Source: Polyangiales bacterium (GTDB lineage Bacteria > Myxococcota_A > Polyangia > Polyangiales > Polyangiaceae). Taken from it: 64,000 bases of DNA. The stretch covers positions 224,001 to 288,000 of the forward strand of contig JBBRLQ010000006.1 in NCBI GenBank assembly GCA_038231275.1. The letters run 5' to 3'. This document shows positions 20,221 to 30,072 of the stretch, piece by piece. A program made the translations under genes and the position numbers. Numbering within the stretch: position 1 is the stretch's first letter; the number at the start of each line of letters is the position of its first letter. A model generated the notes under the pieces. That model ran no database searches, had not been told where the DNA came from, and worked only from the letters and a program-made list of their open reading frames with translations.

Positions 20221-21504
20221 TCAGCGGCCGAGGCGCACCGCGACTGCGCGGGCATGGGCCTCGAGGCCCTCGAGACGCGCGAATTCTTCGATGAAATGGC
20301 CGTGCGCACGCAATGCCTCGGGCGAGTACGCGATGAGCGACGTGCGCGTGACGAAGTCGTAGACGCCGAGCGGCGAGCCGAAGCGCACCGCGCCGCCGGT
20401 CGGGAGCACGTGCGACGGACCGGCCAAGTAATCCCCCGCGGCCTCCGGCGTGAGGTGCCCGATGAAGGCGGCGCCGGCGCGCGGGATCGCGGCGAGCATG
20501 CCGCGCGGATCGTCCACTTGCAGGCTCAGGTGCTCGGCGGCGAGCACGTCGGCGATGCGCGCCATCTCCGCGCGTGACGCGGCGACGAAGGCGTGGCCGT
20601 TCGCCTCGAGCGACGCCTTCGCGATCGCGACGCGCGGGAGCGTGGCCAGCTGCGCGGCGAGGGCCTCTTCGACGCGCGCGACGATCTCGGCGGAGCTCGC
20701 GACCAGGAGCGGGTACGCGGCCTCGTCGTGCTCGGCCTGGCTGAGGAGATCGGCGGCGACGACGCGCGGATCGGCGGACGCGTCCGCGACCACGAGGATC
20801 TCGCTCGGTCCCGCGATCGAGTCGATGTCGACGGCGCCGAACACGAAGCGCTTCGCGCACGCGACGTACAGGTTGCCGGGACCGACGATCTTGTCGACGC
20901 GCGGCACCGACGCGGTGCCGTACGCGAGCGCGGCGATCGCCTGCGCTCCGCCGGCGTCGACGATGGCCGTCACGCCCGAGAGGTGCGCGGCGGCGTAGAT
21001 CGGATCGTCGGACGCGTCGCCGGCGAGCGGTGTGGCGAGGATGATTTCGGGGACGCCCGCCACGTGCGCAGGGATGGCGCTCATGAGCACGCTCGACGGG
21101 TACCGCGCCTTTCCGCCCGGCGCGTACACCCCGGCGCGCGCGACCGGCGAGACGCGAACGCCCAGCGCGACGCCGTCCTCCTCGTAGGAGAAGCCGGCGT
21201 CCTTCTGATGCAAATGAAACCGGCGGATGCGCGCCGCCGCGAGCTCCATCGCTTCGCGCGCGGGCGTCGAGAGACGTGAAAGGGCTTCTTTTCCAGGGTA
21301 TTCACGAACGAAGAGCGACGCGGCGCTCCTCTTGTCGAACCTCGAAGAGTACCGGCGGACCGCCGCATCACCTTCCGCGCGGACGGCGGCGAGGATCTCG
21401 CGCACGATCGGCTCGACGCGCGAGAAGTCCGCTTCCCCGCGCACGGCGAGGCGCGCGAGGGTGTCGCCCAGCTCCTTGGTTCCTTCGTGGTGCACCGCGA
21501 GCAT
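20221..21504 (-). CDS. hisD: Histidinol dehydrogenase
   Basis: GVYAPGG, GGAQAIAA, GPGN.YV, IAGPSE, QAEH, AEHL, GDY.AGPSHVLPT. Confidence 0.96.
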   Translation of the reverse strand: MLAVHHEGTKELGDTLARLAVRGEADFSRVEPIVREILAAVRAEGDAAVRRYSSRFDKRSAASLFVREYPGKEALSRLSTPAREAMELAAARIRRFHLHQKDAGFSYEEDGVALGVRVSPVARAGVYAPGGKARYPSSVLMSAIPAHVAGVPEIILATPLAGDASDDPIYAAAHLSGVTAIVDAGGAQAIAALAYGTASVPRVDKIVGPGNLYVACAKRFVFGAVDIDSIAGPSEILVVADASADPRVVAADLLSQAEHDEAAYPLLVASSAEIVARVEEALAAQLATLPRVAIAKASLEANGHAFVAASRAEMARIADVLAAEHLSLQVDDPRGMLAAIPRAGAAFIGHLTPEAAGDYLAGPSHVLPTGGAVRFGSPLGVYDFVTRTSLIAYSPEALRAHGHFIEEFARLEGLEAHARAVAVRLGR

Positions 21505-21546
21505 CGCGCGCGGAACGGTAGCACGCGCGCGTGGTAGCGTCGGAGC

Positions 21547-22359
21547 GTGGCACGGTGGGCCGTCGGGATCCTGGCGCTCGCGGCGGCGTGTCGCCCCGCC
21601 AAGGTCGCGGAGCCGGCGGCGTGCGGGCGCGACGACGTGCTCGTCCTCGGCGCGTGCGTTCGCCAAACCGTCGCCGCGAAGATCTGCGGACCGGCGGCCA
21701 CGTGGGATCCGGCCGCTGGCGCCTGCGTCGCGCGGCCGTGCGACGCAGGTCACGTCCGCGACGAGCTGACCGGCGAGTGCCTCGGCGAGCTGGCCCTCCG
21801 CGCGATCGGCGAGCGTCAGCACGTGACGACGGACGCCACGCACGTCCTCGGGTGCAAGAAGCAGCAGGAGCTCCACGTCGCTGGCGGTCTTGCGCGGTGC
21901 CTCGAGCCCGACATCATCCCCGCGGTCGCGCCGCGCGCCTGCCGACCCGCCGAAGTGTGGGACGGCCGCGCGTGCGCGCCGCTCGGGGGAGCGTCCGGAA
22001 TCGACGTCGCCACGTGGGCCCGCGCCGCGCTCGGCCCCATGCTCTGCCCGCAGGCCACGCGCGATCCCTCCGCGTTCGATCTCTTGACCGGCGCGACCAC
22101 CCCCCTCGAGGCCGACGTCGAGCTCGATTTCCCCGACAACGACGTCACCGCGGTCTACGCGCGCGTCGTCCCGCGACGCCCCCTCGGGTCCGCCGCCTTG
22201 TCGAGGGTCATCGCAGCCGTCGACGCGAACGTTGAGCTCCTTCGCGCGCTCGGCGGCACGGCGCGCGCAGCCAGCTACGTCCAGCGCATCTCATGCACCG
22301 TCCGCGCGGGCGCGAGCCCCGTCGCCCTTCCGACCTCCCCTGCGGACGAAAACCGGTAA
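21547..22359 (+). CDS. Cys-rich lipoprotein, hypothetical
   Basis: Lipobox LAAAC, multiple Cys pairs. Confidence 0.65.
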   Translation: MARWAVGILALAAACRPAKVAEPAACGRDDVLVLGACVRQTVAAKICGPAATWDPAAGACVARPCDAGHVRDELTGECLGELALRAIGERQHVTTDATHVLGCKKQQELHVAGGLARCLEPDIIPAVAPRACRPAEVWDGRACAPLGGASGIDVATWARAALGPMLCPQATRDPSAFDLLTGATTPLEADVELDFPDNDVTAVYARVVPRRPLGSAALSRVIAAVDANVELLRALGGTARAASYVQRISCTVRAGASPVALPTSPADENR

Positions 22360-22415
22360 GGCTCGCGGGGGAATTCTGCTAGCGTAGGGTCCTCTGAACT
22401 TTTGCGAGGGTTTAC

Positions 22416-23015
22416 GTGGATAGCGATCTCGTCGACGCAGTCGAGGGACTCAAGGCCATATCTCAGCGTCGGAAGATCGATGTCAGCTTCGGCAAAGCGC
22501 CCGCTCCCCTCATCGACGAGCTGAAAAAAAAGCTCAAAATTCCGGCGCGTTATAGAGCATTTTTGGCGGGCGCGAACCCGGTGCGCGTCGAAACCGTCAC
22601 GCCGGTCGAGCGCGTGCGCCTCATGCCTGCCGAGGAGCTCGAAAGGGCCCAGGACGCCATCAAGACGCCCGCCGAGCCTGGCGCGTCGGTCCCCCTCGAC
22701 TGGAAAGCCTCGTGGGTGGTGATCGCGGAGAGCTCGCTCCTCGGCGATCCCTACTTCCTCGACGTGTCGAAGCCCGATCCCGAGGGGGACTGCCCCGTCT
22801 ACACCGCGATGAGCGGCCAGGACCGCTGGGTGCCGACGCTCGCCGCCTCCAGCTTCGCCCAATTCCTCCGCATCCTCTCGACGGCGATGGAGATCGCGGC
22901 CGGCTTCGGCGACGCGATCATGGACGACGAAGACGAGGACAGCTTCCGCGAAGCCCTCGGTCCGAAGGTGAAGGTCATCGACGCCGCCGCCATGCGCGCG
23001 GGCCACTGGACGTGA
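22416..23015 (+). CDS. SMI1/KNR4 (SUKH) family protein
   Basis: I..L.KKL.IPARYRAFL, VVIAES..GDPYFLD, CPVY, LAASSFAQFL. Confidence 0.8.
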   Translation: MDSDLVDAVEGLKAISQRRKIDVSFGKAPAPLIDELKKKLKIPARYRAFLAGANPVRVETVTPVERVRLMPAEELERAQDAIKTPAEPGASVPLDWKASWVVIAESSLLGDPYFLDVSKPDPEGDCPVYTAMSGQDRWVPTLAASSFAQFLRILSTAMEIAAGFGDAIMDDEDEDSFREALGPKVKVIDAAAMRAGHWT

Positions 23016-23041
23016 CGCGGCGCTGCGAGTAGACGCCGGGC

Positions 23042-23857
23042 ATGCCGGAGACCGCGTACGCCCAGAGCCGCTACCAGCACCCTCAGATCGATCACCGGTA
23101 CGGGCCGCAGGTCCACCTCCTCGATGATCCGGTCGCGTGGACGCTCCTCGCGCGCCTCTGCGCACGTGAAACGGTCCAGCCCGAGGTCGGGCGCCTCGTT
23201 CGCGCCCTCTACGAGCGCCTCGCGGAGGTCGTGCTCGCCACCGAGTTCCCGCGCGAGCGCATCGACGTGCCGACGCGAATGGTCACGCAGCGTCCGGAGG
23301 CGGTCTACCGCGGGATCGCCCTCGCCGCCGACACGAAGGCGATCACCGTCGGCATCGCGCGCGCCGGCACGATGCCTTCGCAGATCGTCTACGATCTCTT
23401 GAACTCCGTCATCGATCCCGACGGCGTCCGGCAGGATCACCTCTTCATGTCGCGCCAGACCGATGAGAAGGGTCGCGTCACCGGCACCGCATGGCATGAC
23501 GCGAAGATCGGCCGCGACGTCGACGGCCGCATCGTCCTCTTTCCCGATCCGATGGGAGCGACCGGCGGCTCGCTCATCAGCGCGCTGTCGCACTACAAGA
23601 CGAAGCTCGATGGCAAGCCGGGAAAGTGCATCACGATGCACCTCATCGTCACGCCCGAGTACATCAAGAACGTGCTTCAGGCGCACCCCGACGCGGTGAT
23701 CTATGCGCTGCGCCTCGATCGCGGCCTGTCTGCGCCGGAGGTGCTGACCACCGTGCCGGGGACGCGGTGGGAGGACGAAAAGGGGCTCGACGAGCGCCAG
23801 TACATCGTCCCCGGCGCGGGTGGCGTCGGCGAAATCCTCAACAACGCGTGGGTGTGA
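23042..23857 (+). CDS. upp: Uracil phosphoribosyltransferase-like protein (divergent)
   Basis: PRPP loop DPMGATGGS, IARAG, YIVPG. Confidence 0.75.
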   Translation: MPETAYAQSRYQHPQIDHRYGPQVHLLDDPVAWTLLARLCARETVQPEVGRLVRALYERLAEVVLATEFPRERIDVPTRMVTQRPEAVYRGIALAADTKAITVGIARAGTMPSQIVYDLLNSVIDPDGVRQDHLFMSRQTDEKGRVTGTAWHDAKIGRDVDGRIVLFPDPMGATGGSLISALSHYKTKLDGKPGKCITMHLIVTPEYIKNVLQAHPDAVIYALRLDRGLSAPEVLTTVPGTRWEDEKGLDERQYIVPGAGGVGEILNNAWV

Positions 23858-23965
23858 GGGCGGCGTGACCGGGCACAAACCCGCGTAGGACGAACACTGA
23901 CGTGGCGAATTTGCCGCGCCGCAATCCTTCGCCGCCGTTTTTCTTTGGCCTACGATTGGCGTTCC

Positions 23966-24352
23966 GTGAGCATCAAGGCGGGCGCGTTCGACATCACCTG
24001 GGATCCCGCATCGCGCGTCGCCACGTTGACGTGCGCGCCGGGCACTTCGCTCGGCGGAGCAGACGGCGTCGCCCTGGTCGCGGCGCTCAAGACATGGGTC
24101 GACGGGGACACGGCTCCCTATGCGGTCCTCGTGGACGCCGCGGGCATCGGCCGGACCGAGCCCGAGCTCCGCGCCGTCGTACGCGCGTTCTTCACCGCCC
24201 ATCGCGCGCGCCTGCGGATCGCGCTCTACAACCTCACGCCACTCCTCCGGGTGACGGCGGAGATGTTCCGCATCGGCGCGCGCGTGAACCTCCGGCCCTT
24301 CGCGACGGAGAGCGACGCGCGATCGTGGCTGCGCGAGAACGGCCCAACGTGA
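23966..24352 (+). CDS. Small STAS/SEC14-like (SpoIIAA-like) protein
   Basis: AVLVDA...PELRA...RPFATESDARSWL ending; stop overlaps the kinase start (GTGA). Confidence 0.7.
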   Translation: MSIKAGAFDITWDPASRVATLTCAPGTSLGGADGVALVAALKTWVDGDTAPYAVLVDAAGIGRTEPELRAVVRAFFTAHRARLRIALYNLTPLLRVTAEMFRIGARVNLRPFATESDARSWLRENGPT

Positions 24353-26589
24353 AGCGCGCACCGACGCTCGACGAGATCTTCGCCGTCATGGCGAGCGCGT
24401 CGGTCGGGGACCGCGCCGCGCGGGTCGAGGTTTCCGACGACGCGGACGCCGACGAGCCCGTCACTCGGGTCGCGTTTGCCCTCAACGTCCTGCTCGACGA
24501 CCTCGCACTGCGCGCCGAGGGAGCCGAACGCGAGCTCGCAGCACGCCAGGGGATGGCCGATCGACTGCGCGTGCTGGCCGACGCGTCGGCGGATTTCTCG
24601 GTGGCATCCAACGACGAGCACACCCTCACCGACGAGATCGCCCGCCGCCTCGGCACGGTGGTGCGCGATTTTTGCGCGGTCATGATGATCGCGCGCGACG
24701 GCGCGTCGCTGGTTCCCGTCTCGATGCATGGCCCCGACGACGCGCTCGAAGGCGCGCGCGAGATGTTCGCCGAGCCAATGGCGCTCGCCAGCCACGCCAT
24801 CGCCCGTCGCGTCCACGAGACCGGCGAGCCGTTCTTGGCGCCAAAGCTCGATCGCGTGGCCCTCCAAAATGATGCGTCGCCCCGCGCGGTCGAATTCGGC
24901 AAGCGCATGGGGACGCACAGTATGCTCATCGTCCCGCTGCGGGTGCGGGAGCGGTCGTACGGCCAGATCGTCCTCTTGCGATTCCGAAAGGAGTCGCCAC
25001 CGTTCGACGCGCACGATTTGGATCTCGCGCGCAGCCTCGCCGATCGCGCGGCGCTCGCCGTCGCCAACGCACGGACGCAGTCCGAGCTTCGCGCCTCCGA
25101 GGCCCGTTATCGGATGATGTTCGACGGAAGCCCGCTCCCCAAATGGCTGTTCGATTCAGAGACGCTCCGCTTCCTCGCCGTGAACGACGCGGCGGTGCGT
25201 GAATACGGTTACTCGCGCGAAGAGTTCCTGGCGATGACGCTCGCCGACATCCGCCCGCCCGAGGACGTCGCCGCGATGCGCGAGGCCGTGCAGCTGCCGA
25301 ACCGCGGACGGAGCACCAGCGTCTGGCGCCACCAAAAGAAGAACGGCGCCATCATCCAGGTCGAGCTCACGGCGCACAGCGTGCACGTCGATGGCCGGGC
25401 CTGTCGCCTCGTCGTCGCGCGCGACCTCACGGAGCGCGCGCGCCTCGAAGAGCAGCTCCGGCAGTCGCAAAAGATGGATGCGGTCGGCAGGCTGGCCGGC
25501 GGCGTCGCGCACGACTTCAACAACCTCCTCTCCGTCATCCTCAGCTGCGGAGAGATGGCGCTCGCCGACATGTCTCCGAACGAGCCGTCGCGCGCGGACG
25601 TGCAGGAGATCATGAAGGCGGGCTCGCGCGCCGCCGAGCTCACCCGGCAGCTCTTGACCTTCAGCCGACAGCGCCTCATGCAGCCCAAGGTCCTGACGCT
25701 CGACACGCTGCTCGCGAGCATGGACAAGATGCTCCGCCGCATCATCGGGGAGGACATCGAGCTCGTTTCCGTCGCCGCGCCGTCCGGCAAGGTTCGCGTC
25801 GATCCGGGCTCGATCGAGCAGGTGATCCTGAACCTGGTCGTGAACGCGCGCGACGCGATGCCGACGGGCGGCAAGCTCACGATCGAGGTCGCCAACGTGA
25901 TGCTCGAAAAGGCCTACGCCGAGGAGCACCTGGGGGCGGCGCCGGGGCCGCACGTGATGCTCGCGGTCACCGACACCGGCGTCGGCATGGACCGGACGAC
26001 TCAGGCGCGTATCTTCGAGCCGTTCTTCACGACGAAGGAACAAGGGAAAGGGACCGGCCTCGGCCTCTCCACCGTCTTCGGCTTCGTGCGCCAGTGCGGC
26101 GGCAGCATCTGGGTCTACAGCGAGCCGGGCAAGGGCGCGACGTTCAAGATCTACTTCCCCCGCGTCGACGCCGCGCTCGATCCCCTCTCGATCGAGACCG
26201 GGGCCGCGACCATGCGCGGCACGGAGACGGTCCTCCTCGTCGAGGACGACGCCCAGGTCCGGTCGGTCGCGAGCTCCATCCTGACGCGCAGCGGCTACAC
26301 GGTTCTCGAGACGCGCCTCATCGAAGATGCCGTGGCGTACTGCGCGGAGCACCCCGATCCCATCCACCTTTTGCTCACTGACGTCGTCATGCCGCGAATC
26401 AGCGGCCCCGAGCTGGCGAAGCAGCTCACCGCGATCCGGCCGCGAATGCGTGTACTCTACATGTCCGGGTACACGGACGACAGCGTGGTGCGCCACGGCG
26501 TCATCGACGACGCGGTGGCATACCTCCAGAAGCCGCTGACGCCGGAGGGCCTGACCCGCAAGGTCCGCGAAGTGCTCGACGCCCCGTGA
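24349..26589 (+). CDS. Cytoplasmic hybrid histidine kinase (GAF-PAS-HisKA-HATPase-REC)
   Basis: PAS VNDAA...YGYSREE, H-box VAHDFNN, NARDAM, PFFTTK, REC LLVEDD...LLTDVVMP...KP. Confidence 0.95.
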   Translation: MKRAPTLDEIFAVMASASVGDRAARVEVSDDADADEPVTRVAFALNVLLDDLALRAEGAERELAARQGMADRLRVLADASADFSVASNDEHTLTDEIARRLGTVVRDFCAVMMIARDGASLVPVSMHGPDDALEGAREMFAEPMALASHAIARRVHETGEPFLAPKLDRVALQNDASPRAVEFGKRMGTHSMLIVPLRVRERSYGQIVLLRFRKESPPFDAHDLDLARSLADRAALAVANARTQSELRASEARYRMMFDGSPLPKWLFDSETLRFLAVNDAAVREYGYSREEFLAMTLADIRPPEDVAAMREAVQLPNRGRSTSVWRHQKKNGAIIQVELTAHSVHVDGRACRLVVARDLTERARLEEQLRQSQKMDAVGRLAGGVAHDFNNLLSVILSCGEMALADMSPNEPSRADVQEIMKAGSRAAELTRQLLTFSRQRLMQPKVLTLDTLLASMDKMLRRIIGEDIELVSVAAPSGKVRVDPGSIEQVILNLVVNARDAMPTGGKLTIEVANVMLEKAYAEEHLGAAPGPHVMLAVTDTGVGMDRTTQARIFEPFFTTKEQGKGTGLGLSTVFGFVRQCGGSIWVYSEPGKGATFKIYFPRVDAALDPLSIETGAATMRGTETVLLVEDDAQVRSVASSILTRSGYTVLETRLIEDAVAYCAEHPDPIHLLLTDVVMPRISGPELAKQLTAIRPRMRVLYMSGYTDDSVVRHGVIDDAVAYLQKPLTPEGLTRKVREVLDAP

Positions 26590-26610
26590 TGCGAGCGACG
26601 CCGCCGAGCC

Positions 26611-28890
26611 TCACGGCGTCGGCGTGATTCCCATCTCCTTCACGAGGTGCTTGGCGCCGTCGACGGTGTCCATCGTCCAGATCATGTAGCGCGCGTCCGC
26701 GTGGATCGAGCGCGTCGTCGCGCCGTTGAAGACGACGTTGGACGCGACGCCCTCGATGTTGCCGTCGAACACCAGTCCCACGAGCTCACCCTTGTCGTTC
26801 AGCGTCGGCGAGCCGGAGTTGCCGCCCGTGATGTCCAGATCGCTCAAGAAATCGATCGGGAGCTCGCCGCCGAGCGACGGGTCGGCGTATGCGCCGAAGC
26901 GCTTGGCCTTGAGCGCCTCGAGGAGTCCCTTCGGCGCGTCGTACGGGGGCTTGCCGGTGTTCTTGGTCAGGATCTCGGAGCCGACCGTGAACGGCTGATC
27001 GGCCGGCGCGGTGGACTCGGGCTTGAGCGAGCGCACCGTGCCGTACGTGACGCGGAGCGTGAAGTTCGCGTCGGGCGCCAGCATTCCGCCTTGCACTTCG
27101 CGCAGCCCCAGCACGTACGACGGCATGACGAGGAGCATCTCGCCCGTGCGCGCGTCGGCCTTCTTCTCCTCGGATTTGTAGATCGGCCAGATGCGGAGCG
27201 CCGCTTGGACGAACGGATCCTTCGACGCCGCGAGCGCCTTCGGGGTGCCGGTCTGCAGGAGGTCGAGGCGCAGCTTCTCGTCCTCGAGCAGCGCGGAGGA
27301 GTACCATCCGTCGAGCGTCTTCTCGACGAAGGCGACGTCGATCTTGGCGCCGGGCTTGGCCCCGAGCAGCGTCGTCAGCCACGGACGCTCGGCGTCGGGG
27401 AGCTTCACGGCGCGCACGAGGGAGCCGCGGAGCAGCGCGCGATCAATCGCGCGATCGTAGGCCTTCGCGAGCTGCTTCTGTCCGCCGATGGCGCGCGGGA
27501 GATCGCGCTCTTGGAAGCCGGGCTTGCGATCGGCGTCCTTCTTGTCGCGCTCCTCGGCCCAGCGCACGAGCGCGATGGCCGTTCCCAGCATGCGCGATGC
27601 GGAGAACGTCTGGCCTCGCTCGAAGTCGGCCTTGCGGGTCTTGCGCTGGTCTGCGAGGAGCGACTCGAGCTTGTCGATGGCGGTCTTGTGCGCGGCCTTG
27701 TCCGGCTGCGCGGCCCACGCCTTCACCTTCTGATCCAGCTCGTCCTTGCGCTTCACGAGGTCGCCCTTGGTGAGCCCTGCGAGGACGCCTTCGCGGTTCT
27801 CGACGCCGTTCTGCACGCCCTGCTTGAGCACGCCCGCCTTGATGCCGGTCTCGCCGCCCATCGCCACGTGCGCCTCGGCGATCGCGTAGCGCTCCTTCAA
27901 GAACGCGATCAGGTACGGGAGGAAGACGTCGACGTCGTAGTGCACCTCCGACGCGGTGTCGGTACGCGACGTCGCGCCGGGATACCCGGTGACCATGACG
28001 AGATCGCTGGGCCGGACGCCGGCGGTCGACACCTTGAGGACCTGCTTCGGCTTGTACGGCACGTTGTCCGGCGAGTACTCGGCGGGCTTGCCGTCCTTGC
28101 CGACGTACGCGCGGTAAAACGAAAAGTCGCCGGTGTGGCGGGGCCACGCCCAGTTGTCGATCTCGCCACCGTAGTTGCCGACGGAGCGCGGCGGCGCGTA
28201 GACCAGACGCACGTCTTTAATTTCGAGCGTCTCGACGAGCTGGTACATGCCGCCGCCAAAGTACGTCGAGACCTGGCAGCGCAGCTCGGGGCGATCCTTC
28301 TCGCACGCCGCGACGATCTGCTTCTTGCGCTTGTCGACCTCGTCCTTGCGGGCGACCGGGTCTTTGATCTTTTCGAGGCCGTCGCGGATGTCTTTCGTCA
28401 CGTCGCGGAAGGCCTGCGCCACGTTCATGCGCTGCGCGGCGCCGGCGTGCTTCTCTTCGGCGCGCGTCTTGGCGAGAAACCCGGTCTCGACGAGGTTGTG
28501 ATCGGGCGTCGAGTTGTTCTGCAGCGCCCCTTGGACGCAGTGGTGATTGGTGACGACGAGCCCTTCGCTCGACACGAAGGAGCCGGTGCACCCCGGCAGG
28601 AGAACGATCGCACCGAGGGGCGCGCCGAGCGGATCGGCGAGCGTCTTCACATCGATTTTGAGGCCCATCTTGGAGAGGGTCTCGGCGTGCTGGGGCAAGG
28701 TCAGCTGCTCCGGCATCCACATGCCGCCAGGGTTCGAGAAGCCGCGGCGGAAGCCGAGCGTCGGGTCGGGAGGCCCCGGCTCCTGCGTGCCGCCTCCGGG
28801 CGGGGGCGTCTTGGGCAGCGGGGTGTTCTGGAGCTCACCGCCGCCGCACGCGGCGAGGAGGACGGCCGAGAGGAGCACGTGACGTTTCAT
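26611..28890 (-). CDS. S46 family dipeptidyl-peptidase, lipoprotein
   Basis: GGMW.P, TNHHC, DNWAWPRHTGDF, DITGGNSGSP, FDGNIE; lipobox LAAC. Confidence 0.95.
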   Translation of the reverse strand: MKRHVLLSAVLLAACGGGELQNTPLPKTPPPGGGTQEPGPPDPTLGFRRGFSNPGGMWMPEQLTLPQHAETLSKMGLKIDVKTLADPLGAPLGAIVLLPGCTGSFVSSEGLVVTNHHCVQGALQNNSTPDHNLVETGFLAKTRAEEKHAGAAQRMNVAQAFRDVTKDIRDGLEKIKDPVARKDEVDKRKKQIVAACEKDRPELRCQVSTYFGGGMYQLVETLEIKDVRLVYAPPRSVGNYGGEIDNWAWPRHTGDFSFYRAYVGKDGKPAEYSPDNVPYKPKQVLKVSTAGVRPSDLVMVTGYPGATSRTDTASEVHYDVDVFLPYLIAFLKERYAIAEAHVAMGGETGIKAGVLKQGVQNGVENREGVLAGLTKGDLVKRKDELDQKVKAWAAQPDKAAHKTAIDKLESLLADQRKTRKADFERGQTFSASRMLGTAIALVRWAEERDKKDADRKPGFQERDLPRAIGGQKQLAKAYDRAIDRALLRGSLVRAVKLPDAERPWLTTLLGAKPGAKIDVAFVEKTLDGWYSSALLEDEKLRLDLLQTGTPKALAASKDPFVQAALRIWPIYKSEEKKADARTGEMLLVMPSYVLGLREVQGGMLAPDANFTLRVTYGTVRSLKPESTAPADQPFTVGSEILTKNTGKPPYDAPKGLLEALKAKRFGAYADPSLGGELPIDFLSDLDITGGNSGSPTLNDKGELVGLVFDGNIEGVASNVVFNGATTRSIHADARYMIWTMDTVDGAKHLVKEMGITPTP

Positions 28891-28953
28891 GACGCTCGAC
28901 TTACCACCAAAAAAGCGGGGCGCGTGCCGATTCGCTCCAGAGGGCGAGCTGCG

Positions 28954-29712
28954 TCAGGTGACGAGCTGCGTCAGGACTTCGTGGCCCGTCGGGGTGACGA
29001 GGACGGTGTGCTCGAACTGGGCGGAGAGCGAGCCATCGGCGGTTCGCACGGTCCAGCCGTCGGCGTCTACCACGGTCTCCGGGCCGCCGAGGTTGATCAT
29101 CGGCTCGATGGTGAAGGTCATGCCGGCCTTGAGACGGAGACCAGCCCCGCGCGTGCCGGCGTGGGGGACGTGGGGCTCCATGTGCATTTTGCACCCAATT
29201 CCGTGGCCGCCGTAATCGCGGACGACCGAACATCCCTCGCGCTCCGCGAGCTCTTGGATGGCGGCGCCGACGTCGCCGATGCGCACGCCGTCTCGGACGA
29301 CGGCGATGCCTGCGTCGCGGCAGCGGCGGGCGACGTCGACGACGTGAAGCGCCTCCGGGCTCGCCGCGCCGATGACGAACGTGGCCGACGTGTCGCCGTG
29401 GAATCCGCCGAGCATCGTCGTCACGTCGACGTTCACGATGTCACCGGGCGCGAGGACATCGGTGCGGCGCGGGATGCCGTGGCAGACGACGTCGTTCTTG
29501 CTCGTGCACACCGACGCGGGGAAGCCCTTGTACCCGAGCTGGCTCGGAGCGCCGCCGAGCGTCGCCGTGTGCTCCCGGACCCACGCGTCGATGGCGGAGG
29601 TGGGCGTGCCGGCGGCGAGGCGTTCGCCGACGTGCGCGAGGGTCCTCGCCGCGGCCTGGCCCGCGCGACGCAGCGCAGCGATTTCGGTAGGCCCATGGAG
29701 GACGATCGCCAT
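28954..29712 (-). CDS. map: Type I methionine aminopeptidase
   Basis: CHGIP, NVDVT, HGDTS, GHGIG, TIEPM, SAQFEHT metal ligands. Confidence 0.95.
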   Translation of the reverse strand: MAIVLHGPTEIAALRRAGQAAARTLAHVGERLAAGTPTSAIDAWVREHTATLGGAPSQLGYKGFPASVCTSKNDVVCHGIPRRTDVLAPGDIVNVDVTTMLGGFHGDTSATFVIGAASPEALHVVDVARRCRDAGIAVVRDGVRIGDVGAAIQELAEREGCSVVRDYGGHGIGCKMHMEPHVPHAGTRGAGLRLKAGMTFTIEPMINLGGPETVVDADGWTVRTADGSLSAQFEHTVLVTPTGHEVLTQLVT

Positions 29713-29794
29713 CGATCGAGCGTGGCCGGGACCGGCCGGGGGATCCAATACCGTTTCGATCTCGAAGAGTCGGAGCTCTGCTACATTGATCCCT

Positions 29795-30052
29795 GTGAGC
29801 TTCTCCCAGGTCCGCTACTTCGTCGCTGTCGCGGAGGAAGGCCATGTCGGGCGCGCGGCGCAGCGGCTTCGTATCGCGCAGCCACCGCTCAGCCGGCAGA
29901 TCCGGGCGCTCGAGGACGAGCTCGGCACGCCGCTCTTTACGCGGACGTGCCGCGGGATGCGCTTGCTCCCGACCGGCGAGGTGTTCCTCGCCCACGCGCG
30001 GCGCATCTTGTCGACGGTGGACGACGCCGTCGCCTCGGTGAAGCGCGGATAG
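29795..30052 (+). CDS. LysR-type HTH-only regulator (85 aa, no effector domain)
   Basis: [44 protein letters not shown], then linker helix and TAG stop. Confidence 0.85.
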   Translation: MSFSQVRYFVAVAEEGHVGRAAQRLRIAQPPLSRQIRALEDELGTPLFTRTCRGMRLLPTGEVFLAHARRILSTVDDAVASVKRG

Positions 30053-30072
30053 GCCGACCGTCCGGCCCTCCG

